From: the human T2T-CHM13v2.0 reference genome, Homo sapiens
Length of the DNA: 64,000 bases
Assembly (NCBI GenBank): GCA_009914755.4
Contig: CP086569.2
Span: 14,944,001-15,008,000, forward strand
Reading direction: 5' to 3'
Shown: in pieces, positions 1 to 12,690 of the stretch
How positions within the stretch are numbered: the first letter of the stretch is position 1
How the letters are laid out: every line of letters starts with the position of its first letter
Notes under the pieces: generated by a model
Seen by the model: only the letters and a program-made list of their open reading frames with translations
Told to the model about the DNA's origin: nothing
Database searches by the model: none
Made by a program: the position numbers and the translations under genes

Positions 1-1742
1 TATTATTCAAGTCCAAATAGCTTTACATCAATGATAGTGATCAAACAAATTGGTTTGATCGTAACATCTTGAGGCACATTAATTTTGAATGCCTAGTCAG
101 GTAGAGTTCAAACAGCCTAGATAGGTATCTGTAGCAACCCCTGGAGGAATTTTTAACTGGGCAATAAAAGTATGTTAGAGTGATTGTGCTGTGTACATCT
201 TCAATAAATTGTTGTGATATAATTTGCCAAGTCTCCCACACTGTGGAATTAGTACAATCCTTCTATGCAGAGGGCATCAATCTAGCTCAGTGGTTCCCAC
301 CCAGGGGTGACGTTGTCCCCCAGGGCACATTAGGCAACGTCTGGAGGCATTTTTAGTTGTCACCAGGGAGGGTGATGTTCCTGGCATCGAGTGCATGGAG
401 GCCAGGGATGCTGCAAAATATTCACAAGGCCCAAGACAATCCCACCACAGAGGATGATCCAGCTCCAAATGTCAGTAGCGCTGTGACTGAGGGCCACTGA
501 CCTCGGTTCTTGTGCAAACCACCCACTTTGGGGTAAGTTTAGCATGGGCAGGTCCCAGGGAAGTTAAAAGCAAGAAAGCCAAGTGGGGGTAAACAGATTG
601 TTCTTTCAGTGGATGGAGGGAACAGCCAATCTTGCTTGGGAAACACAAACACACTTGCTTTGGAAACAAAAGTTTACTAATTATATTTATGTCTCTCCAG
701 GTTATAAGATGGAAGCTTCTCACAGTGGAAGTTTTATTTGTTAATTTTCTGAATAAAGCTAATAAAATTTGTAGGTATCAAGACCCACACTTGGATATAA
801 ACTGGGTTTCCTTTTTAGACTCCACAAATTGATGCGGAGATGCTGTGAGTGGAAGGTGATCTTAACTTTTTTTTTTTTTTTTTTTTTGAGTCAACTGCAT
901 AAGCAATAAAGATTGTTAACAAAATAAAACTTTGTATTTTTCCCCATATCCCTACAATCTGTCTCTAGATGGAATATTTCTTTTTCTCCTGGCCTTTGCT
1001 GTACTGATTGTTTTACTCCATAAGCCTTGATTATGTCATAGGAGAATTTATGTAGCCGCAAGAAACAAGGAATCCAACCCAAATGGAAAACCCTCCTGGT
1101 CTTTGTCACTCAGAATTCAACATGCTGTTTTCTTTGTCCTTCAGGGACTACCAACACTTGTATCTTGATCATAGATTTCAGCTTACTATCCCTTACTTCC
1201 TGACTTTTACATTCAGCTTGCCATATATTGATAGATTGCAATTGCCAAATTTTCTTTTCTCCAGACATGCCATAGAATCTATTAAGTTGATTTTATTCTT
1301 GTCTGTAGGACAAATTCTTCTGTATTCATAATCCAGTTTAGCAGAAACTTATATTTATGTCTAACCAACATCTACGTCACAAACTTAGCTTCTGACTTTT
1401 CGTGATAGCTTCTGACAGTAAGGTGGGCCAGAGGAAAAAAAAATATGGAATACAGAAACCTAGAACAAAGGGAAATTGCAAATTCCCTTGAATCTGCTTC
1501 TGTTGCTTACTTCCATTAGTCTGTATCTGCCTATAGCTGTCATCCAATTTTTACCTTCAAGCTCTTTGTGTTTTCTTTTTATTCTTCTTTTTTAAGAATT
1601 CTGAACCCTCTGCCAGGAGCTATCCCCTTCCCTGCCAATCAGATGAGCTTATTCTGCTCCTTCAGGTATTTATTTGATTCCTGAACCATAGCTCCACATA
1701 ACCCTACAGACTTGTTCTAAAAAAAAAAAAAAAAAAAAATTC

Positions 1743-2065
1743 TGGGCGCGGTGGCTCACACCTGTAAGCACATCACTTTAAGGGGCCGAGGTGGGTGGAT
1801 CATGCGGTCAAGAGATCCAGACAATCCTGGCCAACATGGTGAAACCCTGTTTCTACTAAATATACAAAAATTAGCTGGGCATGGTGGCACATGCCTATAG
1901 TCCTAGCTACGCAGGAGGCTGGGACAGGAGAATTGCCTGAACACGGGAGGCAGAGGTTGCAGTGAGTTGAAATCATGCCACTGCCCTCCAGCCTGGCAAC
2001 AGAGTGAGACTCCATCTCAAAAATAAATAAATAAATGAATAAATAAATAAATAAATAAATAAATA
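1743..2065 (+). mobile_element. Alu SINE, full length, with (AAAT)n-type A-rich tail
   Basis: Starts tgggcgcggtggctcacacctgta... and reaches ...gagactccatctcaaaaataaataaataaa. It has a dimeric Alu body and an A-rich tail. An A21 run lies immediately upstream at 1719-1739. Confidence 0.9.
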
Positions 2066-2574
2066 CCATCAGGCACCTCTGAAGCAGTTTTTTCCTCTAT
2101 TAAGCGAACAATTGAATAATAGCAACCTTAGAAGCCAAGTAAATGTTGCCAAAACAAAGTGTTTGCTTTGCCAGAAAATATTAATGAAAGCATTTCAATA
2201 GCAGTCATAAAACAAATACCTGCAAAATGGGCAAAAAAACACATCAAATATGTTTTGCCATCCTTTCGAAGCACCCGGTTTTGCTTATGCTTAATTTTTT
2301 GACCTAACCACTAACCCAGTAGATATTGTGTGAAATTATATTTCCTAACTCTCCCTACCACCCACAGAAAATTCAGTAAAAAGACTTTGTTTGCCAAAAA
2401 TAGGATATTTGTAGTTAATATACACCCATATCGAATTATTTGAAGTTGCTTAGAATTCAATATGCACACTGGCAATCTGATAGAAAAGGATTGAAAAAAT
2501 GTATATATGCACTGGGCACATTACAATATAGCTCCAGCAAGTCTTGATTTGATGTAAGCCGCCTAGAGTATAAA

Positions 2575-2776
2575 ATATATATATATATATATAATATTTA
2601 TATATTTATATGTATATGAATATATATTTATATGTATATGAATATATATTTACATATATTTATATGTATATGAATATATATATTTACATATATTTATATA
2701 TATTTATATGTGTATAATTATATATATTTATATGTGTATAATTATATATATTTATATGTGTATAAGTATATATATT

Positions 2777-2809
<33 letters not shown>

Positions 2810-2978
2810 TTATATGTATATATATTTATATATTTATATGCATATATTTATATATTTATATGTGTATATATTTATATATATTTATATGTGTATATATTTA
2901 TATATATTTATATGTGTATATATTTATATATATTTATATGTGTATATATTTATATATATTTATATGTATATAAATATA
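2575..2978. repeat. TA-rich minisatellite/low-complexity array (tatatatttatatgtgtata-like ~22-bp units)
   Basis: Visible periodic repetition of tatatatttatatgtgtata variants over ~400 bp. Confidence 0.8.
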
Positions 2979-3006
2979 CATACACACACACACACACACA
3001 CACACA
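2979..3006. repeat. (CA)n microsatellite
   Basis: tacacacacacacacacacacacacacaca. Confidence 0.9.
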
Positions 3007-3743
3007 TATTCCCACTGAAATTCTTATCTGGAATGAGTGTTTTTTTGACCAGTTATAACAACTGCAATCTTGATGACTGCAGTCCCATAGGATTCATTCT
3101 TGTATTTGACAAGAAATCTTGTCAAAATCTATTCATAGATGAGTCAACTTGCTTAACTGACATGAAAAAGGACTACATTTTGTCCAAACTATGATTGAAT
3201 TTAACAATAATGCTTAGTCCCGTATCATCTATTTTAATATATATTATGCTATAAAATATATCTTCAGAAATATTTAAAATGTAACCCTATCTGGTCTTTT
3301 CTCCTGACATTTGTAACACCTAATACTTCTAATAATGTAAATGTTGACAATTCTACCCTACTAGAAATCTATTATAATCTATAATTGCATCCATGTTTAC
3401 TTAATTGGAAGTCTTTAAAATTATGTAAATACTCTAAAATTTCCTTCAGTTGTTCTTAACCAGGGACAATTTTACACACACACACCCCAGCTCCATACCC
3501 CAGAAGGGTATTTGACAATGTTTGGAGAAATTTTTGTTTGTCAGGATTGAGGGTGGGGGTGCAACTGGCATTTAGTTGGTAGGTGCCAGAGATTCTGCTA
3601 ACATCCTATGATGCAGAAGACAGCCCTCTCAGGACAAAGACAATCCAGTACACATTTCAGTAATGCTGAGGTTGAAAACACACAATTTACTTTGAGTGTG
3701 TGTCTTCTGTGGATAAAACAAGTTTAATGCCTAAAAGAGATGG

Positions 3744-4994
3744 CTCTCCCTCTCCCTCTCCCTCCTCTCCGTCATCTCCTTCTCCCGCTTTCCACGGTCT
3801 CCCCCTCTCCCTCATCTCTGTCTCCCGCTTTCCACAGTCTCCTTCTGTTGCCAAGGCTGGACTGTACTGCCGCCATCTCGGCTCACTGCAACCTCCCTGC
3901 CTGATTCTCCTGCCTCAGCCTGCTGAGTGCCTGGGATTGCAGGCACGCGCCGCCACGCCTGACTGGTTTTTGTATTTTTTGGTGGAGACCGGGTTTCCCC
4001 GTGTTTGCCGGGCTGGTCTCCAGCTCCTGACCTGGAGTGATCTGCCCGCCTCGGCCTCCCGAGGTGCCGGGGTTGCAGACGGAGTCTCGCTCACTCAGTG
4101 CTCAATGTTGCCCAGGCTGGAGTGCAGTGGCATGATCTTGGCTCGCTACAACCCCCACCTCCCAGCCGCCTGCCTTGGCCTCCCGAAGTGCTGAGATTGC
4201 AGCCTCTGCCCGGCAGCCACCCCGTCTAGGAAGTGAGGAGCATCTCTGCCTGGCCACCCATCGTCTGGGATGTGAGGAGCCCCTCTGCCCGGCCGCCCAG
4301 TCTGGGAAGTGAGGAGCGCCTCTTCCCGGCCGCCACCCCGTCTAGGAAGTGAGGAGTGTCTCTGCCCCACCGCCACCCCGTCTGGGAGGTGAGGAGCATC
4401 TCCGCCCGGCCACCCCGTCTGAGAAGTGAGGAGCCCCTCTGCCCGGCGGCCACCCCATCTGGGAGGTGTACCCAACAGCCCATTGAAAACGGGCCATGAT
4501 GACGATGGCGGTTTTGTCGAATAGAAAAGGGGGAAATGTGGGGAAAAGAAAGAGAGATCAGATTGTTACTGTGTCTGTGTAAAAAGAAGTAGACATAGGG
4601 GACTTCATTTTGTTCTTCTGTACTAAGAAAAATTCTTCTGCCTTGGGATGCTGTTAATCTATGACCTTACCCCCAACCCCGTGCTCTCTGAAACAGGTGC
4701 TGTGTCCACTCAGGGTTAAATGGATTAAGGGCGGTGCAAGATGTGCTTTGTTAAACAGATGCTTGAAGGTGGCATGCTCGTTAAGAGTCATCACCACTCC
4801 CTAATCTCAAGTACCCAGGTGCACAAACACTGCGGAAGCCCGCAGGGTCCTCTGCCTAGGAAAACCAGAGACCTTTGTTCATATGTTTATCTGCTGACCT
4901 TCTCTCCACTATTGTCCTATGACCCTGCCAAATCCCCCTCTCTGAGAAACACCCAAGAATGATCAATAGATACTAAAAAATTTTTTAAAAAAAG
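3744..4994 (+). mobile_element. SVA composite retrotransposon (CCCTCT-like hexamer region, antisense Alu-like region, short VNTR, SINE-R/HERV-K-derived region, poly-A)
   Basis: Begins ctctccctctccctcctctcc. Antisense Alu-like segments follow (ttttgtattttttggtggagaccgggtttc...). The GC-rich VNTR units read gccaccccgtctgggaagtgaggagcccctctgcccggc (4200-4470). The SINE-R part starts gggaaaagaaagagagatcagattgttactgtgtctgtg and reaches ...ccctctctgagaaacacccaagaatgatcaataga, then an A-rich tail at ~4975-4994. Confidence 0.8.
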
Positions 4995-6334
4995 TTTAAA
5001 ACATCAGAAAATACCTTGTGAAGTATATTCTTTAAAATTAAATGTTACTTATTCTGAAATATTCTACATAAATATGAATAAACTGAATGTGGAATAAGAA
5101 CAACCAGAAAACTAGTAAACTGAACACAGTAGAATTTATGAACGTGAAGGTATACTGTTTATATTCTGAATCAGAGTTTTCTAGAAAGTAATATTGTTTA
5201 TACATTTTTCCAGTATGTGGCTTCTGTTTTCCAAAACACACAGTCAAGAAGTTCTTACAAAGGCATCTCAGTTTAATGAGTTTTCAGGAAAGAAAATATT
5301 CAAGAGTTAAGCAAAACTTAATCAGAAACATTTGAGTTTTATTCAATTTCCTATAAAATGCCATATGGATTTCAAAATTAATAGTGGAATCTACATGACA
5401 AATGAGTAAGGGGTCAGTCTACTTTCTAGATATTAGGAGTACTTGTCATATGTTAAAAGAGGAACTGATGTTTCTCATGTCTAAAATTTTGATAGAATTA
5501 TTTTATCATAGAATCTAGTCTTGGTTGCTCATTGAGCTAGCATACAGCAAAGATTTCATAGGGTTTAAAATAAGAGTGTTAAAACTGGGGAACATTTTAA
5601 TCAAATCCTCATCAATAATAGGACAAATTGAAAATTATTCGCTTAGAATGTGACAGAATGCGAAGTCAAGAAGAGGGCCTCACCCCTGCACTAACTCTGG
5701 CAAATATTTGCAGTCCAGACATAATCAGGATGAAATAGCAGACAAACCCAAATGGAGGGACAGTCTGTGAAATAACTGGCTGCTACGCTTTAATTGTGCT
5801 ACAACCAGGAAAGTCAAAGAAAGATGAGGAATCAGACTGAAGGAGACTAAGAGACATGAAAACTCATGGCAGTGCATAATTCTAACTGGCTCCTTCTGCC
5901 TCAAGGCATTTAAAGGCAGTCTGACCATTAGAAGGTAGAAATACATCAGTGCCCATTTCTTGATTTTTAGGTCTTGACTGTTTCTGTGTATAATAATCCT
6001 CTTCTGGGGAAATGCATGCTAAAATATTCAGGATATGAGGTATCCGATTGGAAACTTACCCTCAGATGTCTTAGGAAAAAAGAAAGCTATTTACATTCCA
6101 TACTGAAATTTTTTGTAGGTTTTTGACTGCTTCGAAATAATATATGAGTAGCACGTCATCTCCAAATTATATATATATATAAAAATTATTGTTTCAAAGT
6201 TATGCATATATGTTTTTAAGGGGGTACCAAGTCAACCCCAATAAAACCGCATGACTCAAGAAAAAATGATGTTCAATTTATCCACACCATAGAGTTTAGA
6301 CACTAATATAAAATGTTTTCATTTAAAATTATTA

Positions 6335-6740
6335 CCATAAAGATATCTTACCACTGAATAAGGGAGGTACTTCGTAATAACTAATGATTGGAAACAACCC
6401 AAATGCCCATTAACAAAATATCGTGTAACTATATAATCATCACTTTTTAGCCACAAAGGAATGAACTACTGACAGATGCCATAAGATGGATGGACCTAAA
6501 ACCAGTATCCAGACTAATAGAAGCAATGCACAAAAAGGCCACATAGTGTATTATTACATTCATATGAAATATTTTGAATAGAGAAGTCAATAGAAACAAA
6601 GTAAATTAGTGGTTGCCCGGGGCTGCGAGAAGGCTAGGATCACTGGGGATGTTGGCTAAAAGAGATGGGATTTCTTTCTGACATGATAAAAATATTCTAC
6701 CATTGACCATGGTAATATTCACAATGTCTGTGAATACACC
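6335..6740 (+). mobile_element. L1 (older L1M/L1P-type) 3'-end fragment, interrupted by a THE1 LTR; continues at 7131-~7240
   Basis: aaacaacccaaatgcccattaacaaaata... and ...agtggttgcccggggctg...ccatggtaatattcacaatgtctgtgaatacacc match the 3' end/UTR of older L1. After the LTR, ...cagaactgtgcactttaaatgagtgaattaagtggtatacatact continues the L1 3' UTR. Confidence 0.6.
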
Positions 6741-7130
6741 TGATGTGGTAAGTCTTTGTGTACTCACCAAAATCTCATCTTGAATTGTAATCCCTAGGTG
6801 TTGAGGGGAGAACATAGTGGGAGGTGATTGGATCATGGGGACAGTTTCCCCCATGCTGGTTGCATGATAGTAAGTTATCACTAGATCTGATGGTTTTATA
6901 AGATTTTGGCAAGTTTCTCCTTCACTCAGTCTTTTCTCTCCTGTTACCATGTGGAGAAGGTCCACACTTCTTTGCCTTCCACCATGATTGTAAATTTCCC
7001 GAGGCCTCCCTAGCCATGCAGAACTGTGAGTCAATTAAACCTCTTTCCTTTGTAAATTATAATTTTATACATTTCTTTATAAATTATGGTATTTCTTTAT
7101 AGCAGTGTGAAAACAAGACTAACACAATAC
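6741..7130 (+). mobile_element. MaLR solo LTR (THE1/MST type) inserted into the L1 3' UTR
   Basis: tgatgtggtaagtctttgtgtactcaccaaaatctcatcttgaattgtaatccc ... tctgatggttttataag ... ccatgattgtaaatttcccgaggcctccctagccatgcagaactgtgagtcaattaaacctctttcctttgtaaatta ... agcagtgtgaaaacaagactaacaca tracks the THE1 consensus end to end. The minus-strand 142-aa ORF at 6606-7034 is an artefact of this repeat. Confidence 0.8.
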
Positions 7131-8475
7131 CAAACCCACAGAACTGTGCACTTTAAATGAGTGAATTAAGTGGTATACATACTCTACCACAGTAAAACCA
7201 CTGGAGAAAGGAGAGATGGGTATTCTTTTTCTTTTCTTCCCCCTTATTTCTTCAATTTTTGTCAACTACATAATGTACACTGTTAATCATTTGTACATTT
7301 TTTTGAGCGTATGTCTTGCCACTGAATGTTGCTGAACTTCCGTTCAAGTAGGAACAGACATAGTTACTGGCTATCAAATAACCCTTCCTATGTTATTATC
7401 CATGTTTTTAAAAGTTATGCATCCCAAGCTTCAATAATATGAGTGAATAAATGGAAAGGGAATTATATGTACATGGATTACATGACTCTAACATTTACAT
7501 TTGTATTTAGATATTTATTGAAGAGGGGAAATATAGTGTATTCTGTTAAATAACGTGTGCCTTTATATTGCGGTTTACAGCATTTACACATTCTCAGCAT
7601 ATGAATATTTGGAAATCTTGTAAATACTGCTTCGTTCTTGGTTTATGTGACATGTACAAAACATATTTTGTGATAGTCTGATTATTATTGGAGTCCCCCA
7701 CTAGCTTGCAGGCTCACTAAGGACAGGGTCTTTGTTGTTCAGTTTCATTAAAACAGCAAGTACTTTAAAATATTTAATGAATTATAAACATATTTCTATC
7801 TGTTTTAATCTCGTTTTTAAAAAATTCCATTGCAAGTTCTTTCCAGGCAGAGTATCTTTTGATTCTGACATTGTTCATTTACTCTTGTTTTGTCACCATC
7901 TCTGTGAATGAAATTGAACATGGATTTGATATAACTAGGAACTTGCTCTGTTTTTATAATTTAAATGAAAAATCCTTTCATTCAAATAAACACAGGCCTT
8001 CAATTAACAAATAGTTTTTGCTAACCCCTGCTGCTGCATTTTTCTCAGTAATTCTTAAGTGAGAATCATGGTAACTTCACCAATCCCTTTATGTTAAAAG
8101 CAAGGATGTTCTTACGACTGGTAAGAGGTTGCTGCAAAAGTAATTGAGGTCTGAAAGTAACGGCAAAAACCACAATTACCTTTGCACCAGTTTAATAAAA
8201 AGCAATTTATGAAATGGCCATAACAATATACGCCAAAATTGTCATTTAAAGATGTAGTGTCATATATTGAAACATAACTTGGATATTTTCCAGATTCAGT
8301 TTCAAAAACAACAAAAATAAAATATAACTGTCCCATGAACCTATTTTCATCTTTTCCAACTCTTGCCCTCTACGGATTCAATTCCATGGTTTAAATATTG
8401 ACCTCTAAACTAGTCAGCCAGTTTATCAGATTCACCTTTACAACTTAGTCAATAACTAGCCTTCAAAATAAATAG

Positions 8476-8571
8476 AAAGAAAAGAAAAGAAAAGAAAAGA
8501 AAAGAAAGAAAAGAAAAGAAAAGAAAAGAAAAGAAAAGAAAAGAAAAGAAAAGAAAAGAAAAGAAAGAAAA
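8476..8571. repeat. (GAAAA)n / (AAAAG)n simple repeat
   Basis: agaaaagaaaagaaaagaaaagaaagaaaag... ~95 bp. Confidence 0.9.
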
Positions 8572-9544
8572 ACTTTCCAATGACGTTCTTAGAGCAACTG
8601 ACTAAGTCTTCTCATTCTGTCTGCACAGGTCTTTTCTCCAAGTTCAGCAGCATTTGTGTTGTAGAACAGGCACAACTGTTTTGAATTGTCACAACCACTC
8701 ACTTCCATCGAACTTGGCAGAGTGGAGCATATTCAAAGAGAAAAAAACATAGGTATCTGGTTCTGATTAGTGGTTGCAGTTTTAGAATACATCTGCTATC
8801 AGGTATGCACACACAAGGCATGGGTAAAAGCAGCTGGACACTAAGACACAATAATTATATCTAGGGCTAACTTCTGTACAGTGGAAATTCTGTATAACCA
8901 AGAGTTCTTCCAAAAATGTACCCAGGCACACACATCAATACACTGTACAAATTCTTCAGATTTAACCTGGATACAATAAAACTTGAAGATGACCGACAGA
9001 ATTGTGTATTCCTTTGTTATTTAAATATCTGAACATCTAATATTTCTTGGTCAGTTTCAGGTAAAAAGCTACATTAATAATGTGGTTTAAATATGACATA
9101 ATAATCTGAGAAAAAACTGTGGCATATTTTAATAAAACTTTCTATTGACAATGCTAATCCATGTAACACTGAAGTGTTCCTCTCCAAAAATTCAGGATCT
9201 TTTATTGCTGAAAGGTTAATCACTACAGGGGAACATCATGACACCCAGTGACCAAAGACTTTCAATGCTGCATAAATTCTTGTGTCTTCTGTTCTTTATC
9301 ACACTTATAAATTAATTTGTTGATAAGCTAAATCATTTATGTATTGAAATATGTATTACTGAAATAGGTAATGTGTTCATGAATGCTTTTATATTTTTAC
9401 ATGTGTGCGTGAAAACTATTTCTGAAATTTGAAAACTGCAGATGCTAATGTGGTTTGTGTGGATATGTGGCATCTGCCTCAACATAACCATATGAATGTA
9501 TTTCTTAAACACATATACTCATTTACAAAGAATCTCCTATTCTG

Positions 9545-9796
9545 GCCGGGCGCAATGGCTCATGCCTGTAATCCCAGCACTTTGGGAGGCCGAGGTGGGC
9601 GGATCACGAGGTCAGGAGATCCAGACCATCCTGGCTAACAGGGTGAAACCCTGTCTCTGCTAAAAATACAAAAATATTAGCCGGGCGTGGTGGCGGGTGC
9701 CTGTAGTCCCAGCTACCCGGGAGGCAGAGCTTGCAGTGAGCCGAGATCATGCCACTGCACTCCAGCCTGGGCGACAGAGCGAGATGCCGTCTCAGG

Positions 9797-9826
<30 letters not shown>
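9545..9826 (+). mobile_element. Alu SINE (young-looking, AluY/S-like) with A30 tail
   Basis: ggccgggcgcaatggctcatgcctgtaatcccagcactttgggaggccgaggtgggcggatcacgaggtcaggagatc...gcgagatgccgtctcaggaaaaaaaa. Confidence 0.95.
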
Positions 9827-9829
<3 letters not shown>

Positions 9830-10359
9830 GAAACAAAGAATCTCCTAGTCTATACTCATGATTACAACACATTCTGTGCTAGCCCACTTTTTTTCCTTTT
9901 GAAAAAGCCGTCAAAGGAAAATAAAATGAATCATTTAACTTGTTGAGCTAATAATGGACATGGACCTTATTTACGTCAACATGTTAGGCAGGACATTGCA
10001 TGATAAGAAGGAGGACTTTATGACAGGTAAGTTTATTTATACCTGTGCTGCTTCCCTTTCATTGGCCAATTTTACTTATTTCCCTCCGTGATTTAATTAC
10101 TACTATAAACCCGGGAAGCTATATAGTAGTAGTGGTGAAAGAGAAGTTCAGATTCCAACCTTGTCACATAATTAATTTGTAACTTTCAGCAAGTTCTTTA
10201 AGCTCCTGAAATTCAAGTATCTTTATGTGAAATGAGATTATTCTTTATTTGAAATATAAAAAAAATTCCTACCTACTCCCTTTGTTGTGAAGATTCTCTA
10301 CCCTCTGCATATGCATATACCTTTATATATCCATAAAGTGGCTAGCACAGGGCTTGCAG

Positions 10360-10610
10360 GTTTTTGTTTGTTTCTTTGTTTGTTTTGACACAAGCTCTCA
10401 CTCTGCCATCCAGGCTGGAGAGCAGTGGCATGGTCATAGCCCACTGCAGCTTCTACTTTCTGGGCCCAAGCGACATTCCCACCTTAGCCTGCCAAGAAGC
10501 TGGGACCAAAGGTAAGTGCATCCACCTGCAGCTTATAATACTTTTTTTGTAGTGAAGGGGTCTCACTAGGTTGTCCAGGCTGGTCTCAAACTCCTAGCTT
10601 CAAGCAGTCC
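10360..10610 (-). mobile_element. Alu SINE (antisense), truncates the 5' side of the ERV pol remnant
   Basis: T-rich start gtttttgtttgtttctttgtttgttttgacacaagctctcactctgccatccaggctggagagcagtggcatg ... ggtctcactaggttgtccaggctggtctcaaactcctagcttcaagcagtcc. Confidence 0.8.
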
Positions 10611-10639
10611 TTCAATATGTTGATAACCGCTTATTTGCA

Positions 10640-11180
10640 ATCCAACCAAAAATGCCTCAGACCTAAATACTATTACAACTCTTTGGACATTGGCTCCTTG
10701 TGGGTATAAAGTGTCTCCTTCCAAAGCTCAAATCTTCTCTCAGGAGGTTTGATTCTTGAGACTAACATTCATCCCAGGGCCCAAGGATCTCTCAGACCAC
10801 CGCAAAAATCTTATGCTAAACGTGGACATTCCATCCACTAAACATCAGTTGTAGTCCTTTCTTCGAATGGTAGGTTTCTGTCACATTTGGACAACCCGGT
10901 TAGGACTTATAGCAAAACCTCTTTATGGGGCACTGCAAGGATCGGCGGGGGGGAGCTCTTAAATTGGAGCCTTGAAATGGACAGTGTTCTAAAAACCCTC
11001 AAACAAGCCCACGCCCTGGCCTTGCCAGATCTTACAAAGCATCTTTACTTGTTCATAGTTGAGAGAAGGGATACAGCCCTTGGAGTCCTCACTCAGCCAC
11101 TGGGACCCTCCCAGTGGCCAGCTAGTTACTTGTCAAAAAAAAGGCATGGGGATGGCTGCCATGCCTCTGAGTGCTAGTGT
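10640..11180 (+). pseudogene. ERV pol: reverse-transcriptase thumb/connection segment (frameshifted upstream)
   Basis: The frame-shifted upstream part reads LGYKVSPSKAQIFSQEV...MVGFCHIWTTRLGLIAKPLYGAL (MLV: LGYRASAKKAQICQKQV...[22 protein letters not shown]). The intact part is the 96-aa ORF at 10887-11177. Confidence 0.75.
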
Positions 11181-11429
11181 GTGTGGCTCTCCTGGTTGTG
11201 GAGGCCTCCGAGCTAATTCTGGGCCAAGCAATAACTGTCTACACCCCACATCAAGTAATGAATGTCCTAAACTCAAAGGCCTTTCACTGGATCTCACAGA
11301 GCCATATAAGCAAATTTCCAACACTCCTTCTACAGGTACCAGAATTGAGTATTAGGCTCTGCCAACCCTTAATGCTGGCATGCTGTTACCAAACCCAAAT
11401 GTGGAGAGGCCACTTTAACATTCTTGCTT

Positions 11430-11900
11430 GGAAACCATAGATCTAACCTGTAATGTTAGACCAGACCTCCAGGATATTCCCCTTATAGATTCAGAGGCCA
11501 CACGGTACACAGATGGCAGTAGCTTTATGATAGGTGGAACCCAACTGTCAGGGTATGCTACTATTAACCTAACTGAAATCACAGAATCTGGACCTCTGCC
11601 AGGAAGTAGCACCTCAGCCCAAAAGGCTGAGCTCATTGCTCTTACCTGTGCCTTACAATTAGGGGCAGGCCTGAGGCTTAATATTTACACAGACTCAGCC
11701 TATGTCTATCATGCAGTGCATGCCCATGCAGCCATTTGGCAGGAAAGAGGACTTTTAATGGCCTGAAATACTTCCATTAAATGTGTTCCTGAAATCATGG
11801 CCCCGTTGGAGGCAGCTATGCTTCCCCCACAGGTCACTATCATTCACTGCAAAGCCCATCAGAGAAGCAATGATGAAATCTCTATCGGGAACACCTGGGC
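11430..11900 (+). pseudogene. ERV pol: RNase H domain
   Basis: [17 protein letters not shown] and YTDS motifs lie in the ORF at 11428-11766. The RNase H C-terminus ...VTIIHCKAHQRSNDEISIGNTWADK continues to ~11900. Confidence 0.8.
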
Positions 11901-12539
11901 TGACAAATAAGTAAAAGTGGCTGCCAGGTCACCCTTTCAGGCTGTCTTCATTCCTAGCCTAACTTCCCTGTCTCCACACTATAAAGAGGGGGAAGCCCAA
12001 AAAGCTCTAGAAAGAGGTTTCTCCCATACCTCAGAGGGCTGGCTAAAAAGTCCTAATGGCAAACTCTTGCTCCCAGGAGCCTCACAATTGAAGTTTCTAA
12101 ATAGCGTATACCAATCAACTCATCTAGGGGCTAAGGCCTTCCAAGATCTAATAAAGTCACTGTTCACCAGCACGGGGATAGCCCAAGCTCTATGAGCCAT
12201 CTCACAGGCATGTCCCACCTGAGGCCAAATAAACCCAGAGGGAGGACACAAACCTCCCCAAATCCTTCAACCCATTCTAAGAGAGGAACCCTACCCCGAG
12301 AAGACTGGCAAATATATTTTACACACATGCATCATGCAATGTGTGTATTTGTTAGTCAGGTATTTGTTAGTCTTTGTAGACACCTTCACTGGATGGATAA
12401 AGGCCCTTCCCGCCAAAACTGCATGGGCCTCAGAAGTCACCTCAGCCCTTTTAGACCGCATTCTTCCTTGTTTTAGGCTCCCTCATGCCCTACAGTCAGA
12501 CAATGGCCCCACTTTCATTTCTTAAAATGAGGGACCCTA

Positions 12540-12690
12540 GGTCCCTCCCATAACGCGTCAGAATTCTGAGAGATACAAGTCAAGTTGACATTTCGGTGGA
12601 GACACAGCCAAACCATATCAAGCTACGTGAAGGTAAAACCAGGTACGATGGGTGTTCACTTGATTTTTGGTTCTCATGAAATTTCATTTC
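12540..12690 (-). repeat. Fragment of a MaLR element (reverse-complemented 5' end of a THE1/MST-type LTR plus adjoining sequence); paralogous copy of 13700-13852
   Basis: gtccctcccataacgcgtcagaattctgagagatacaagtcaagttgacatttcggtggagacacagccaaaccatatca is the reverse complement of the THE1 start tgatatggtttggctgtgtcccc...gtgggagggac. The next 65 bp (agctacgtgaaggtaaaaccaggtacgatgggtgttcacttgatttttggttctcatgaa) recur almost exactly at 13796-13852. Confidence 0.75.

Noticed and set aside
1719-1739. A21 tract immediately 5' of the Alu at 1743 as a possible separate retroelement tail
   Set aside because: There is no recognisable element upstream of it. Most likely it is an A-rich target site into which the Alu integrated, or a remnant tail. 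It is not separately annotated.
2708-3194. ORFs of 87-126 aa encoding YIYLYVYIF...-type peptides
   Set aside because: They are translations of the TA-rich minisatellite and the (CA)n repeat.
3700-4483. ORFs of 164 aa (+) and 109/85 aa (-) with Ser/Pro- or Gly/Arg-rich products
   Set aside because: They lie within the SVA element (hexamer/Alu-like/VNTR regions). SVAs are non-coding.
6606-7034. 142-aa minus-strand ORF
   Set aside because: It falls inside the THE1 LTR and L1 3' UTR. There is no start context, splice signals or similarity to known proteins.
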